Below are positions 20,572 to 29,149 of a DNA stretch of 64,000 nucleotides, in pieces. A program made the translations under genes and the position numbers. The notes under the pieces were generated by a model, which searched no databases, was not told the origin of the DNA, and saw only the letters and a program-made list of their open reading frames with translations. Position 1 is the stretch's first letter, and each line of letters starts with the position of its first letter. The DNA is from Lachnospiraceae bacterium. GTDB lineage: Bacteria; Bacillota; Clostridia; Lachnospirales; Lachnospiraceae. Location of the stretch: NCBI GenBank assembly GCA_024403455.1, contig JAKSRR010000014.1:3246-67245 (forward strand), in the 5' to 3' direction.

Positions 20572-21444
20572 ATGAAAAAGACAAAATTATTAGGTGTATT
20601 GGCAGCAGTTCTTTCTGTAAGTTTACTTGGTTGTGGAAAGAATGAATCGCAGTTTAGTGGACAAAGCGGACAAGGTAATACAGCAGTTACTACAACAATG
20701 ACTTCTGATGGAAAAAAAGAAACAACTGACACTTTTGAATTTGTGCAGGTTAAACCATCTCCTGATAAATACACACAGTATGTGAAAAGCTATGTTGGAC
20801 AAAATCTTGCCAATGTTGGATATACCTCTTTAGGTGGAGAGAAGAGAGATTATTATGGTTCTGCAACCATCCTGTTAAGCGTGATTACTGCTGATGGAAG
20901 ATATGTGGATCTGGAAGATGATGAAGATATGAAGAATTATGTTGTCATCGAGCAAGTACCAGAAGTGAATACAGAAATGAAATTAACGTTTGAAAAAGAT
21001 TCGAAAGGAGAAGAGTATAGTAATCTTATTGATTCTACGAGTGTTGAAGAAATAGTGTTGTTGGTAGATGTTGTTGGAACAAAACCTAATGGTCAGCCAA
21101 CACTTACAAAAATTCCAACAACTGGAGATCACTATCATTCATATATAAAAGATTATACAGGAAGAAATCTTGGTAATGTTGGATATGTTTCTTGGGGTGG
21201 TGAACTTAGAGACGAGTATGGAGAAGGAAGTATTAAGTTAAATATAGTTCCTGATGATGGAGCCTATATTGATGTAGAAGATATAGAAGTCTTAAAGCAA
21301 TATGTTGTTATTGCACAGGATGTTGCTGCAGGAACAGAACTTGTTTTTACCTATATGACAGATTCCAATGGAGAGGAATACAGTAATTTGGTAGATACCA
21401 TGACTTATGAATCTGTTACTTTGTATGTTACTAAGATACAGTAG
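20572..21444 (+). CDS. Lipoprotein with two tandem PASTA-like repeats
   Basis: Lipobox LLGC; two ~100-aa repeats (K.Y.G.NL.NVGY.S.GGE.RD.YG ... YVV..Q ... GEEYSNL.D). Confidence 0.75.
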   Translation: MKKTKLLGVLAAVLSVSLLGCGKNESQFSGQSGQGNTAVTTTMTSDGKKETTDTFEFVQVKPSPDKYTQYVKSYVGQNLANVGYTSLGGEKRDYYGSATILLSVITADGRYVDLEDDEDMKNYVVIEQVPEVNTEMKLTFEKDSKGEEYSNLIDSTSVEEIVLLVDVVGTKPNGQPTLTKIPTTGDHYHSYIKDYTGRNLGNVGYVSWGGELRDEYGEGSIKLNIVPDDGAYIDVEDIEVLKQYVVIAQDVAAGTELVFTYMTDSNGEEYSNLVDTMTYESVTLYVTKIQ

Positions 21445-21545
21445 ATAAGAGTCGCCAGTCGAAGATACATTATTTCCTAACGCATCTCTGAATTGATAAT
21501 GTCGATAATTTTACGGCTGGTAAGTATGAAGGGAGATACTCGTAC

Positions 21546-21764
21546 ATGTTCATTCTGTGTTTTGCAATGCTTTACATGATTGTTGGTATCCTGATAGGGA
21601 TCAAGGTTACAGGATTCTTTTTGGCGGCATTATTCTGGGTATGGTTTAGACTGCCACTTAGCATATGCCTGTTTATGCTGGGCACTATCTGTTTCTGCAG
21701 CCTAATACTGATTCCTCTTGGAAAAGCCTGCTATAAGGGTGGAAGTTATGTGATTGCACCCTAG
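21546..21764 (+). CDS. Small hydrophobic membrane protein
   Basis: GGGAG RBS; almost entirely hydrophobic 72 aa. Confidence 0.5.
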   Translation: MFILCFAMLYMIVGILIGIKVTGFFLAALFWVWFRLPLSICLFMLGTICFCSLILIPLGKACYKGGSYVIAP

Positions 21765-21780
21765 GTCAATTTTGCATCAG

Positions 21781-21814
21781 AGGGACACTCCTTATCCCAA
21801 AAGGACCGTCCCTG
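21781..21814. repeat. REP-like imperfect palindrome (inverted copy at 44451)
   Basis: AGGGACACTCCTTATCCCAAAAGGACCGTCCCT; its reverse complement matches 44451-44483 at 31/33. Confidence 0.75.
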
Positions 21815-21829
21815 AAGTATAATGTAACT

Positions 21830-23674
21830 ATGAATGCGCATTTTGATCTCAAAGAAGAATTGAATAAGCTTCCCAAGAAACCGGGTGTGTATCTGATGCA
21901 TGATGCGGAGGATAACATTATTTATGTGGGAAAGGCGAAGAATCTGTTTAACAGAGTTCGTTCTTATTTTCGAGAAAACATCGGCAGGGGACCGAAGATT
22001 GATCGAATGGTTTCCCTGATTGATTACTTTGAATACATTATTACAGACACAGAGTTAGAAGCCCTGGTTTTGGAAAACAATTTAATTAAGGAACATCGTC
22101 CAAAGTACAATACCATGCTTATGGATGATAAGACCTATCCTTATATTAAAGTGACGGTGTATGAGGAGTATCCTAGGATTTTATTTTCCAGAACATTAAA
22201 GAAGGATAGGGCAAAATATTTTGGACCCTACACTTCGGCTCAGTCTGTGAAGGCAACCATTGATGTGCTTAATAAGATCTACGGTTTGCGTAGCTGTACC
22301 AGAAGTCTCCCTGCAGAAATAGGTAAGCAAAGACCTTGTTTAAATTATCATATCGGACAATGCTGTGGTGCATGCACGGGAAATGTTTCCAAAGAAGAGT
22401 ATGCGCAGAATCTTAAAGGCGCTATGGAATTTCTAGGTGGGAATTATGCGCCGCTACAGAAACAACTGCGAGAAAAAATGATGGCATACTCTGAGAATTT
22501 AGAGTTTGAAGAGGCTGCCAAAGTTAGAGATCTTTTGGAGCATGTTGTATCTGTTAGTCAGAAGCAGAAGATAGAAGACAGCGGTCTAGATGACAGGGAT
22601 ATCATTGCTATTGCAAGGGAAGAGAAGGAAGCGGTGGTGCAGATTTTCTTCCTGCGAAATGGACGTATGGTTGGAAGAGAACATTATTATCTGGATCATG
22701 TGGAAGAGACTTCCGAAGAAGAAATGATGACAGATTTCATTAAGCAGTTCTATGCGGGAACACCATTTATTCCAAGGGATGTCTATTTGTCTCACGGGAT
22801 TATACCCGATGAGGAAGAGTTGTTAATCAGTTATTTATCAGAAAAGAGAGGCGGACCGGTTCACTTTATTCTTCCGAAAATTGGACAAAAGGAAAAAATG
22901 GTGGAGCTGGCTGCGAAGAATGCTGCATTAGTATTATCGACAGATAAAGAAAAGATTAAGCTGCAGCAGGCGAGAACCATTGGTGCTGTGCATGAGATTG
23001 AGCAGCTACTAGATCTTCCTTCCATTTGCCGTATGGAGGCGTTTGATATTTCCAATACCTCCGGTTTTGAAAATGTTGCTTCTATGGTAGTCTTCGAAGA
23101 TGGAAAGCCAAAGAAAAGCGATTATCGAAAGTTCAAGATGAAGACAGTTGCGGGCCCGGATGATTATGCGTGCATGCGGGAGGCTCTAACCAGAAGATTT
23201 TCCCATGGTCTTCGAGAAGAAGCGGGTGGCTTTGAGCGGTTTCCAGATTTGCTCCTCATGGATGGTGGACGAGGCCAGGTGAATATTGCTTTAGAGGTAA
23301 TGGATGAGTTAGGCGTTCACGTACCTGTCTGCGGTATGGTAAAGGACGATCATCATAGAACAAGGGGCGTATATTTTAATAATGTAGAGATGCCCATTGA
23401 TACCCGCAGTGAAGGATTCAAATTAATCACTCGTGTGCAGGATGAAGCTCACCGCTTTGCAATAGAATATCATCGATCCTTGCGCAGTAAGGAGCAGGTA
23501 AAATCAGTATTAGATGATATTCCGGGCATTGGTCCTAAGAGAAGATTGGCGCTTATGAAAGCATTTATCAATACAGCAGAGATTAAGGATGCTTCCGTAG
23601 AAGAGTTGGTGCAAAAAGGCGGTATTCCGGAGCATGTTGCGAAAGAAATTTATGCATGGTTTCGAAAAGAGTAG
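21830..23674 (+). CDS. uvrC: Excinuclease ABC subunit C
   Basis: GIY-YIG ([16 protein letters not shown]), UVR domain, [20 protein letters not shown], HhH GIGPKR. Confidence 0.98.
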   Translation: MNAHFDLKEELNKLPKKPGVYLMHDAEDNIIYVGKAKNLFNRVRSYFRENIGRGPKIDRMVSLIDYFEYIITDTELEALVLENNLIKEHRPKYNTMLMDDKTYPYIKVTVYEEYPRILFSRTLKKDRAKYFGPYTSAQSVKATIDVLNKIYGLRSCTRSLPAEIGKQRPCLNYHIGQCCGACTGNVSKEEYAQNLKGAMEFLGGNYAPLQKQLREKMMAYSENLEFEEAAKVRDLLEHVVSVSQKQKIEDSGLDDRDIIAIAREEKEAVVQIFFLRNGRMVGREHYYLDHVEETSEEEMMTDFIKQFYAGTPFIPRDVYLSHGIIPDEEELLISYLSEKRGGPVHFILPKIGQKEKMVELAAKNAALVLSTDKEKIKLQQARTIGAVHEIEQLLDLPSICRMEAFDISNTSGFENVASMVVFEDGKPKKSDYRKFKMKTVAGPDDYACMREALTRRFSHGLREEAGGFERFPDLLLMDGGRGQVNIALEVMDELGVHVPVCGMVKDDHHRTRGVYFNNVEMPIDTRSEGFKLITRVQDEAHRFAIEYHRSLRSKEQVKSVLDDIPGIGPKRRLALMKAFINTAEIKDASVEELVQKGGIPEHVAKEIYAWFRKE

Positions 23675-23797
23675 GTACAGATTTATCAAGAAACAGTATC
23701 ATAATAATTTAATATAAATAGTAATAATTTGATATAACAGAAAAACCCCCTTATGGTAAATTTTTATAAAAGAAAACCAGACAAGGGGGTTTTAATA

Positions 23798-25249
23798 ATG
23801 AAGAAAAGAACAGTGAAAAGACTTGGACTTCTTTCTGTAGCAACCATTATGACTATGTCTATGGCTGCGTGCGGTACACAGAAGGAAGAAAATACTGGTG
23901 ATGTCCAGGAAGAAACTACGCAGGATACAACCCAGGAGACGCAGCAGGAAGAACTGCTGAATCAGGTTGCAGAGGAGGATGTTCCTCAGTTAGATGGCTA
24001 TGAACTGCTTTGGCACGATGAGTTCAATGGTACTACATTAGATGAGACCAATTGGACCAAGGAACTTCGTGAGCCTGGCTGGACCAATAACGAGTTACAG
24101 GAATATACCGAGAACGATGCCAACATCTACGTACAGGATGGTATCCTTACTTTAAAGGCTGAAAAGACTACTGATGAGAATGGTAATGATTACTATACTT
24201 CTGGAAAGGTAAACAGCCAGAATAAGAAAGATTTCTTATATGGTAAGGTTGTTGCCAGAGCAAAGGCTCCCACAGGAAAAGGTTTGTGGCCAGCTATCTG
24301 GATGATGCCTCAGGATGAAGGACACTATGGACAGTGGCCGAAGTGTGGTGAGATCGATATCATGGAAGTTCTTGGTGATCAGACCAATATCGCATATTGC
24401 ACGCTTCACTATGGTGAACCTCATGGCGAGCAGCAGGATTTTGTGAATTTATCATCCAATGATTTTGCAGATACCTTCCACGAATATTCTGTAGAATGGG
24501 AACCTGGTGAAATCAGATGGTATATTGATGATAAGTTAGTATTAACTGCAAATGATTGGTACAGTGCAGTACAGGGTGAAGACTGGAAGCCTTATCCCGC
24601 ACCATTTGATCAGCCTTTCTTTGTACAGATGAACCTCGCTGTTGGTGGAAACTGGCCTGGTAACCCTGATGCAAATACTAATTTTGACGAAGCAAAGTTT
24701 GAAATTGACTATGTTCGTGTATATCAGAAGCCAGAATATGATACCAATGTAAGCAGACCTGAGATTGAACTTAGAGATCCTGATGAAAATGGCAACTATG
24801 TATTCAATGGAGATTTCTCTGATGCAGAGGACTTATCTGATGAAGAGAATTGGCAGTTCCTTCTCTTCAATGGTGGTGCTGGTGAAGCATCTATCGAAGA
24901 TGGTGTTGTAACCATCACTTCCACCGATGCTGGTACGGAAGATTATTCCGTACAGTTCTTACAGGCAAATGTTCCTATGAAGCAGGGCAATACTTATCGA
25001 GTAACCTTTGATGCTAAGGCAGATGAAGCAAGAACAATGATTACCTGCGTATCTGCACCGAATGTTGGCTGGATCAGATACTTGCCTGATACTTCTCTTG
25101 ACTTAACTACCGAGTGGCAGACCTATACCTATGAATTCGAGATGAAGGATAATAGCGATGCTACGGCAAGATTAGAGTTTAACATGGGTAACCAGGGATC
25201 TACTGCAACCATCTATCTTGCAAACGTTAAGTTAGAAATTGTTGAATAA
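23798..25249 (+). CDS. GH16 beta-1,3-glucanase lipoprotein with C-terminal CBM4/9
   Basis: Lipobox MAAC; WPAIWM, GEIDIME catalytic motif, PFDQPFF..NLAVGGNWPG; CBM4-like tail. Confidence 0.92.
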   Translation: MKKRTVKRLGLLSVATIMTMSMAACGTQKEENTGDVQEETTQDTTQETQQEELLNQVAEEDVPQLDGYELLWHDEFNGTTLDETNWTKELREPGWTNNELQEYTENDANIYVQDGILTLKAEKTTDENGNDYYTSGKVNSQNKKDFLYGKVVARAKAPTGKGLWPAIWMMPQDEGHYGQWPKCGEIDIMEVLGDQTNIAYCTLHYGEPHGEQQDFVNLSSNDFADTFHEYSVEWEPGEIRWYIDDKLVLTANDWYSAVQGEDWKPYPAPFDQPFFVQMNLAVGGNWPGNPDANTNFDEAKFEIDYVRVYQKPEYDTNVSRPEIELRDPDENGNYVFNGDFSDAEDLSDEENWQFLLFNGGAGEASIEDGVVTITSTDAGTEDYSVQFLQANVPMKQGNTYRVTFDAKADEARTMITCVSAPNVGWIRYLPDTSLDLTTEWQTYTYEFEMKDNSDATARLEFNMGNQGSTATIYLANVKLEIVE

Positions 25250-25284
25250 AAGCGTTTTTACCAATCCATCTTTCCCTTATAAGA

Positions 25285-25323
25285 GCGCCAGTGTTTTCTA
25301 TATGGAAGCACTGGCGTTTCTTT
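25285..25323. terminator. Intrinsic terminator between convergent genes
   Basis: GCGCCAGTGTTT...GAAGCACTGGCGT followed by T-rich tail. Confidence 0.7.
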
Positions 25324-25354
25324 GAACTTGAATATACTTTTTTCACGACCGCTT

Positions 25355-25558
25355 TTACTTGGCGAATACAAGAAACTGCGATAGTTCCTCCCAAGAGAGA
25401 TCGTTAGGTTCTTTACCAACTGACTTAGCATATTTTGTCATCTGAATGAGATTAAAGCCCGTTTGAGGATTGTAGGGTTGTAAAGGGTCAATATCCGTAA
25501 AGTAGTCTTCCGGTGGTGTATGATTTTCATAAAATTTAGGAAGGGTCGCTCCATTCAT
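25355..25558 (-). CDS. Small hypothetical protein overlapping the end of the XRE-GNAT gene
   Basis: GGAG RBS before MNGATLPKFY...; coupled to the upstream gene. Confidence 0.5.
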   Translation of the reverse strand: MNGATLPKFYENHTPPEDYFTDIDPLQPYNPQTGFNLIQMTKYAKSVGKEPNDLSWEELSQFLVFAK

Positions 25559-26357
25559 AGGTGTAGATCTCCAATAATTTATTTGCATGTTCATCATCTA
25601 TTATAAACTGGTAGGGGTGTTTTGCTGCAAAGTGTATAGCGCCTAACTTCTCTATGTAGTGATGTAGTGTGGTTTTACAATTTGCAAACCCGTAAACATA
25701 TCCCAGATGTCCGTAAGATATTGACTTTTCTGCAGCGATGGCAAAAAGGTGACCACCGACACCAGCATATTTCTGACTACCATATTCAGCAATATTATTA
25801 TGCGGTGCTGTACATGCCCAATGAATGTATATTGCATCGCATAATACATCATCTTTTAGTGCGATTAACCCCTGGATTTGATTATCATTGGTGGTTGTAA
25901 GAGCATATATATCCACATCATTGGGGAGTTTGCTCCAATTAATATGCCATCCAGTATGTTTATTATATTTACTTAGAAAGGATCTGCTTTCAATCTTAAA
26001 AACTGCAGTATCAACTTTTTCTTTAGTAAGAGTGTCTGTCAGGCAGGGCACCAAATCGTCTATGGAGAGATTGACTTGACCTATGGAAGTGGGTTCGGCA
26101 AGAGCATTGTTGTATAAGATAAGTCTTTGCGATTGTGAGTCAATATTTTGCTGAATCACATAATCCATAATGAGATCTTCCATATGACAGTTTAGAGTGA
26201 TGCTTAATTTATAGATAACATCAGCGCTGGCGAGTCGCAGGGATTTTCTGCCTTGCTCATAATCTTGAAGTGTGCGCAAATTAATTTTGCTGAGGTTAGC
26301 CAGTTGCTGTTGGCTAAGTCCCAAAGAAGTTCTTTTTTTCTTAAGCATATTTTCCAT
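25536..26357 (-). CDS. XRE-family HTH fused to GNAT-like domain
   Basis: LSQQQLA..SKINLRTLQDYEQG HTH; IQGLIAL..YIHWACTAPHN..KYAGVGGHLFA..GYV. Confidence 0.75.
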   Translation of the reverse strand: MENMLKKKRTSLGLSQQQLANLSKINLRTLQDYEQGRKSLRLASADVIYKLSITLNCHMEDLIMDYVIQQNIDSQSQRLILYNNALAEPTSIGQVNLSIDDLVPCLTDTLTKEKVDTAVFKIESRSFLSKYNKHTGWHINWSKLPNDVDIYALTTTNDNQIQGLIALKDDVLCDAIYIHWACTAPHNNIAEYGSQKYAGVGGHLFAIAAEKSISYGHLGYVYGFANCKTTLHHYIEKLGAIHFAAKHPYQFIIDDEHANKLLEIYTYEWSDPS

Positions 26358-26383
26358 GACGAAGTATCTCCCAATGTTCATTT

Positions 26384-26412
26384 AGAATACTACGGCTGTA
26401 GCCGTATGTCAA
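26384..26412 (-). promoter_or_regulatory. Sigma70 promoter with palindromic operator filling the spacer
   Basis: Minus strand TTGACA-N17-TATTCT; TACGGCT-AC-AGCCGTA in the spacer. Confidence 0.8.
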
Positions 26413-26639
26413 TGAATGTGGGAAGCATAATTTTAAAATTTTAAAACCAAAAGACTGTAATAAGACATGTAGCGGCTTGAAATAGGTGATGTTTATCATA
26501 GCCCAAAAAAGAAAAGCAGAAAAAAACGCTTTGATATATTACACATATCAAGGTTATGAGCTATTTTGACGATAACGCTAAAACATTCTGACTGCTAAAG
26601 TAGATGGTTAATATAGAAATAAAGATGTATCTGATATAG

Positions 26640-26905
26640 AATGAAAAAGAGGAAAATATTGGTTTCCCGATTAATGATACCAATGCAAAAACACTTATTG
26701 ATCATGCTAATGGGGATGTAGACAGAGTAATAAAAGCACATGAAGTTTTAAAGCAGCAAAAGGAAGTAAAGAGTTTTATGGGCTTTATGATTAAAGCAAT
26801 CAACAATAACTAGGAACCTAATGAAGACCCTAATATGGTTAAGTTTGATCTTTATGAGCAGGGCGGAGCCATTAAGCCGAAGAAAGTAGACATAATAAGT
26901 GATTG
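26640..26905 (+). pseudogene. Decayed C-terminal fragment resembling a plasmid replication initiator
   Basis: AKTLIDHANGDVDRVIKAHEVLKQQKEVKSFMGFMIKAINNN*EP; no start codon, internal TAG. Confidence 0.4.
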
Positions 26906-26976
26906 AGAAGATTTTTATGCGTAAAATGAGTAAACTTAGTGTGGCAAATAAAACAATTTAGTGGGTGGAGTTGTAG

Positions 26977-28203
26977 ATGGGTTTAATGGAATTTATTTTT
27001 GGAAAAAAGAATAAAACAGAAGCCGTTAGAGATGTTACCCTCACCAATAATGATATTGGTCATGCTGAATCCAAATCGATAACTAGAGAGGGTCACCAGG
27101 GGTCTGCTACAATACCACAGAGAAGAAATATTAAGGTAACTGAAAAAAAGGAAATTGAAGATAATATAAAACTTGAGGTTATAGCCCAGAAAGAAAAAAA
27201 GGAGTTATATTGTCGTTTTTATGATTCGATAATATTTTGTCACTCATTTCTAGTAGATAAGCTGGGAGATCTAACAAAATTTATAATTTCTTCTCTTTAT
27301 AAGGGATATAACTGTGATGAAATAGTAGCTCTGACATGTATGGGGAATATAACAATAAGGGAGGAACTTGAATATTTGGTTAAGGGGGGGCTTGTCGAAG
27401 AAAATCAAGAGGCACTAACTGAACTAGGTAGGCAGTACGGTAGTTTGCTTGAAAAATTTGCTAAATTATCAAAGGGAATAAAGGTTGGATTTAATACTTT
27501 TGCTATGATGTTTGAGAAGGATGAGCAAAGTAAATATTGCATGAAGAAGGAGAGTGGTTTTGAACTGCCAAATGAATTTGTGCATGCGTTGTCTTTGAAT
27601 AATAACTACGCAAATTCATTGCAAATAGCAATAAATGAATTAGAAGAAGAGATGCCTTTTTGTGATGCAATTAAAAAAAGTCTGTATACTACGGTAAAAA
27701 TAAAAAGTAATAGTCCACTATATAAGAACGTGTATATCAAGAATTATGAAGAGGGATTAGTGCAGAGTGTAAGCGAAAAATGTTTAAAGGTAGTAATCCC
27801 TTGCGATTATATAAAATGTACTCCTAGGTATGAATGGTTGGATCCATATCGTGGGGAAATACAATTGATTAGCAAACTGTATGAAATGCATGAGGATTGT
27901 TTGTCTGAAAAAGCCAAATTGATTTATCGTGAAGTAGATGAAGAAACATCAACTGAAAAAATAGAAATTTATGTGAATACCATTACGGGTAAGATAGGGG
28001 GTAAGAATGAAGGATTGAGGCAGCCACCTTCAGACAGAGAAGCATTGATGTTAGAACGGCAAGAGGTAAATATAACATTAGATTCAAAAGGCAGTGGGGG
28101 TATCTATCTAGAAGAAGACTCACGAGAAGTATTATATATAATCAGGTATTTTACATATAGTCAGATGGAGACTAGGGTTGATGAGAAAAGAGAAGGCGTT
28201 TAA
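26977..28203 (+). CDS. Hypothetical protein with winged-helix-like segment
   Basis: EIVALTCMGNITIREELEYLVKGGLV...LTELGRQY is wHTH-like. Confidence 0.65.
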   Translation: MGLMEFIFGKKNKTEAVRDVTLTNNDIGHAESKSITREGHQGSATIPQRRNIKVTEKKEIEDNIKLEVIAQKEKKELYCRFYDSIIFCHSFLVDKLGDLTKFIISSLYKGYNCDEIVALTCMGNITIREELEYLVKGGLVEENQEALTELGRQYGSLLEKFAKLSKGIKVGFNTFAMMFEKDEQSKYCMKKESGFELPNEFVHALSLNNNYANSLQIAINELEEEMPFCDAIKKSLYTTVKIKSNSPLYKNVYIKNYEEGLVQSVSEKCLKVVIPCDYIKCTPRYEWLDPYRGEIQLISKLYEMHEDCLSEKAKLIYREVDEETSTEKIEIYVNTITGKIGGKNEGLRQPPSDREALMLERQEVNITLDSKGSGGIYLEEDSREVLYIIRYFTYSQMETRVDEKREGV

Positions 28204-28681
28204 TTTTATTCCAGAACTGGTAGGGGACTTTTCGAAGGTTATGAAACTAACAGAGAATCCCACAATGCTATATGTTGAGTCTGCTGTTAGTACTATAAAG
28301 ACGGCTGCTGCTATTTTTAAGACAATTAAGGAATGTGAAAATACAAGACATATGAAGGAGACGATGCAGGGCATTCAGGGGAAATATGAAGAAACTAAGG
28401 ATGCACATTTTGCGAATCTTGAAGAAGAAGAGATTCGCAAATTAGATATTGAATATGAAAAAGTAAAAATGAAGTTGCGAGATAGAGAATTTCGTGATGA
28501 AGTGGTGATGAAATTTATTGGGTTACTTAAAAAGAATCTTGAAAAAATAATAAATATAAAAGGAAACATGCCAATTGATTCGGAATACGTTGAACGAGAT
28601 AAAATTGATGAAATGTTTAGAAGAGCACTTCGAGATTATAACAGATTAGTAAACAAGACAATTGTAGGAGGTAAAAATTGA
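28178..28681 (+). CDS. Hypothetical coiled-coil protein
   Basis: Overlaps neighbours; charged helical sequence. Confidence 0.65.
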   Translation: MMRKEKAFNFIPELVGDFSKVMKLTENPTMLYVESAVSTIKTAAAIFKTIKECENTRHMKETMQGIQGKYEETKDAHFANLEEEEIRKLDIEYEKVKMKLRDREFRDEVVMKFIGLLKKNLEKIINIKGNMPIDSEYVERDKIDEMFRRALRDYNRLVNKTIVGGKN

Positions 28682-29121
28682 TGACTAATATTAATACAAA
28701 AGGTGTTGATAAGAGCACAGTAGGAAAGCCACAAGGGGGGGATTTTCTAGGAAAGGCAGATAAAACGCTTGGCCTTATAGGTACTATCATTAAGGACTTG
28801 AAAGATATTAGTATGACATTTGAACGGAATAAGAACGTCAATGCAGATAATGCTGTCAAGTTAAGTAAGGCAACAACGGAAGCTCAAAAAGAAAATAACA
28901 GACACATCGAGGAGCTGCAAAGGCTGGAACATGAAGCAAAGGGGATATTAGTCACAGCTGATTGTAAAAATAAACGAAACGCGTTGATAAAACAAATCAT
29001 AGATACGCTTACAAACGAAATTAAAAATCTTGAGGATAAGGAAGGCGAAGAAGTAGCCTCCCAGCGAGATAAGTTAAATAAGGATCTAAAGGATATTACG
29101 ATGGAGTTAATAAGAAACTAG
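28678..29121 (+). CDS. Hypothetical coiled-coil protein
   Basis: GGAGG RBS, TGATG overlap; amphipathic N-terminal helix then coiled coil. Confidence 0.7.
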   Translation: MMTNINTKGVDKSTVGKPQGGDFLGKADKTLGLIGTIIKDLKDISMTFERNKNVNADNAVKLSKATTEAQKENNRHIEELQRLEHEAKGILVTADCKNKRNALIKQIIDTLTNEIKNLEDKEGEEVASQRDKLNKDLKDITMELIRN

Positions 29122-29149
29122 AAAAAATTGTGGCATAGGGGAGAAAGTA

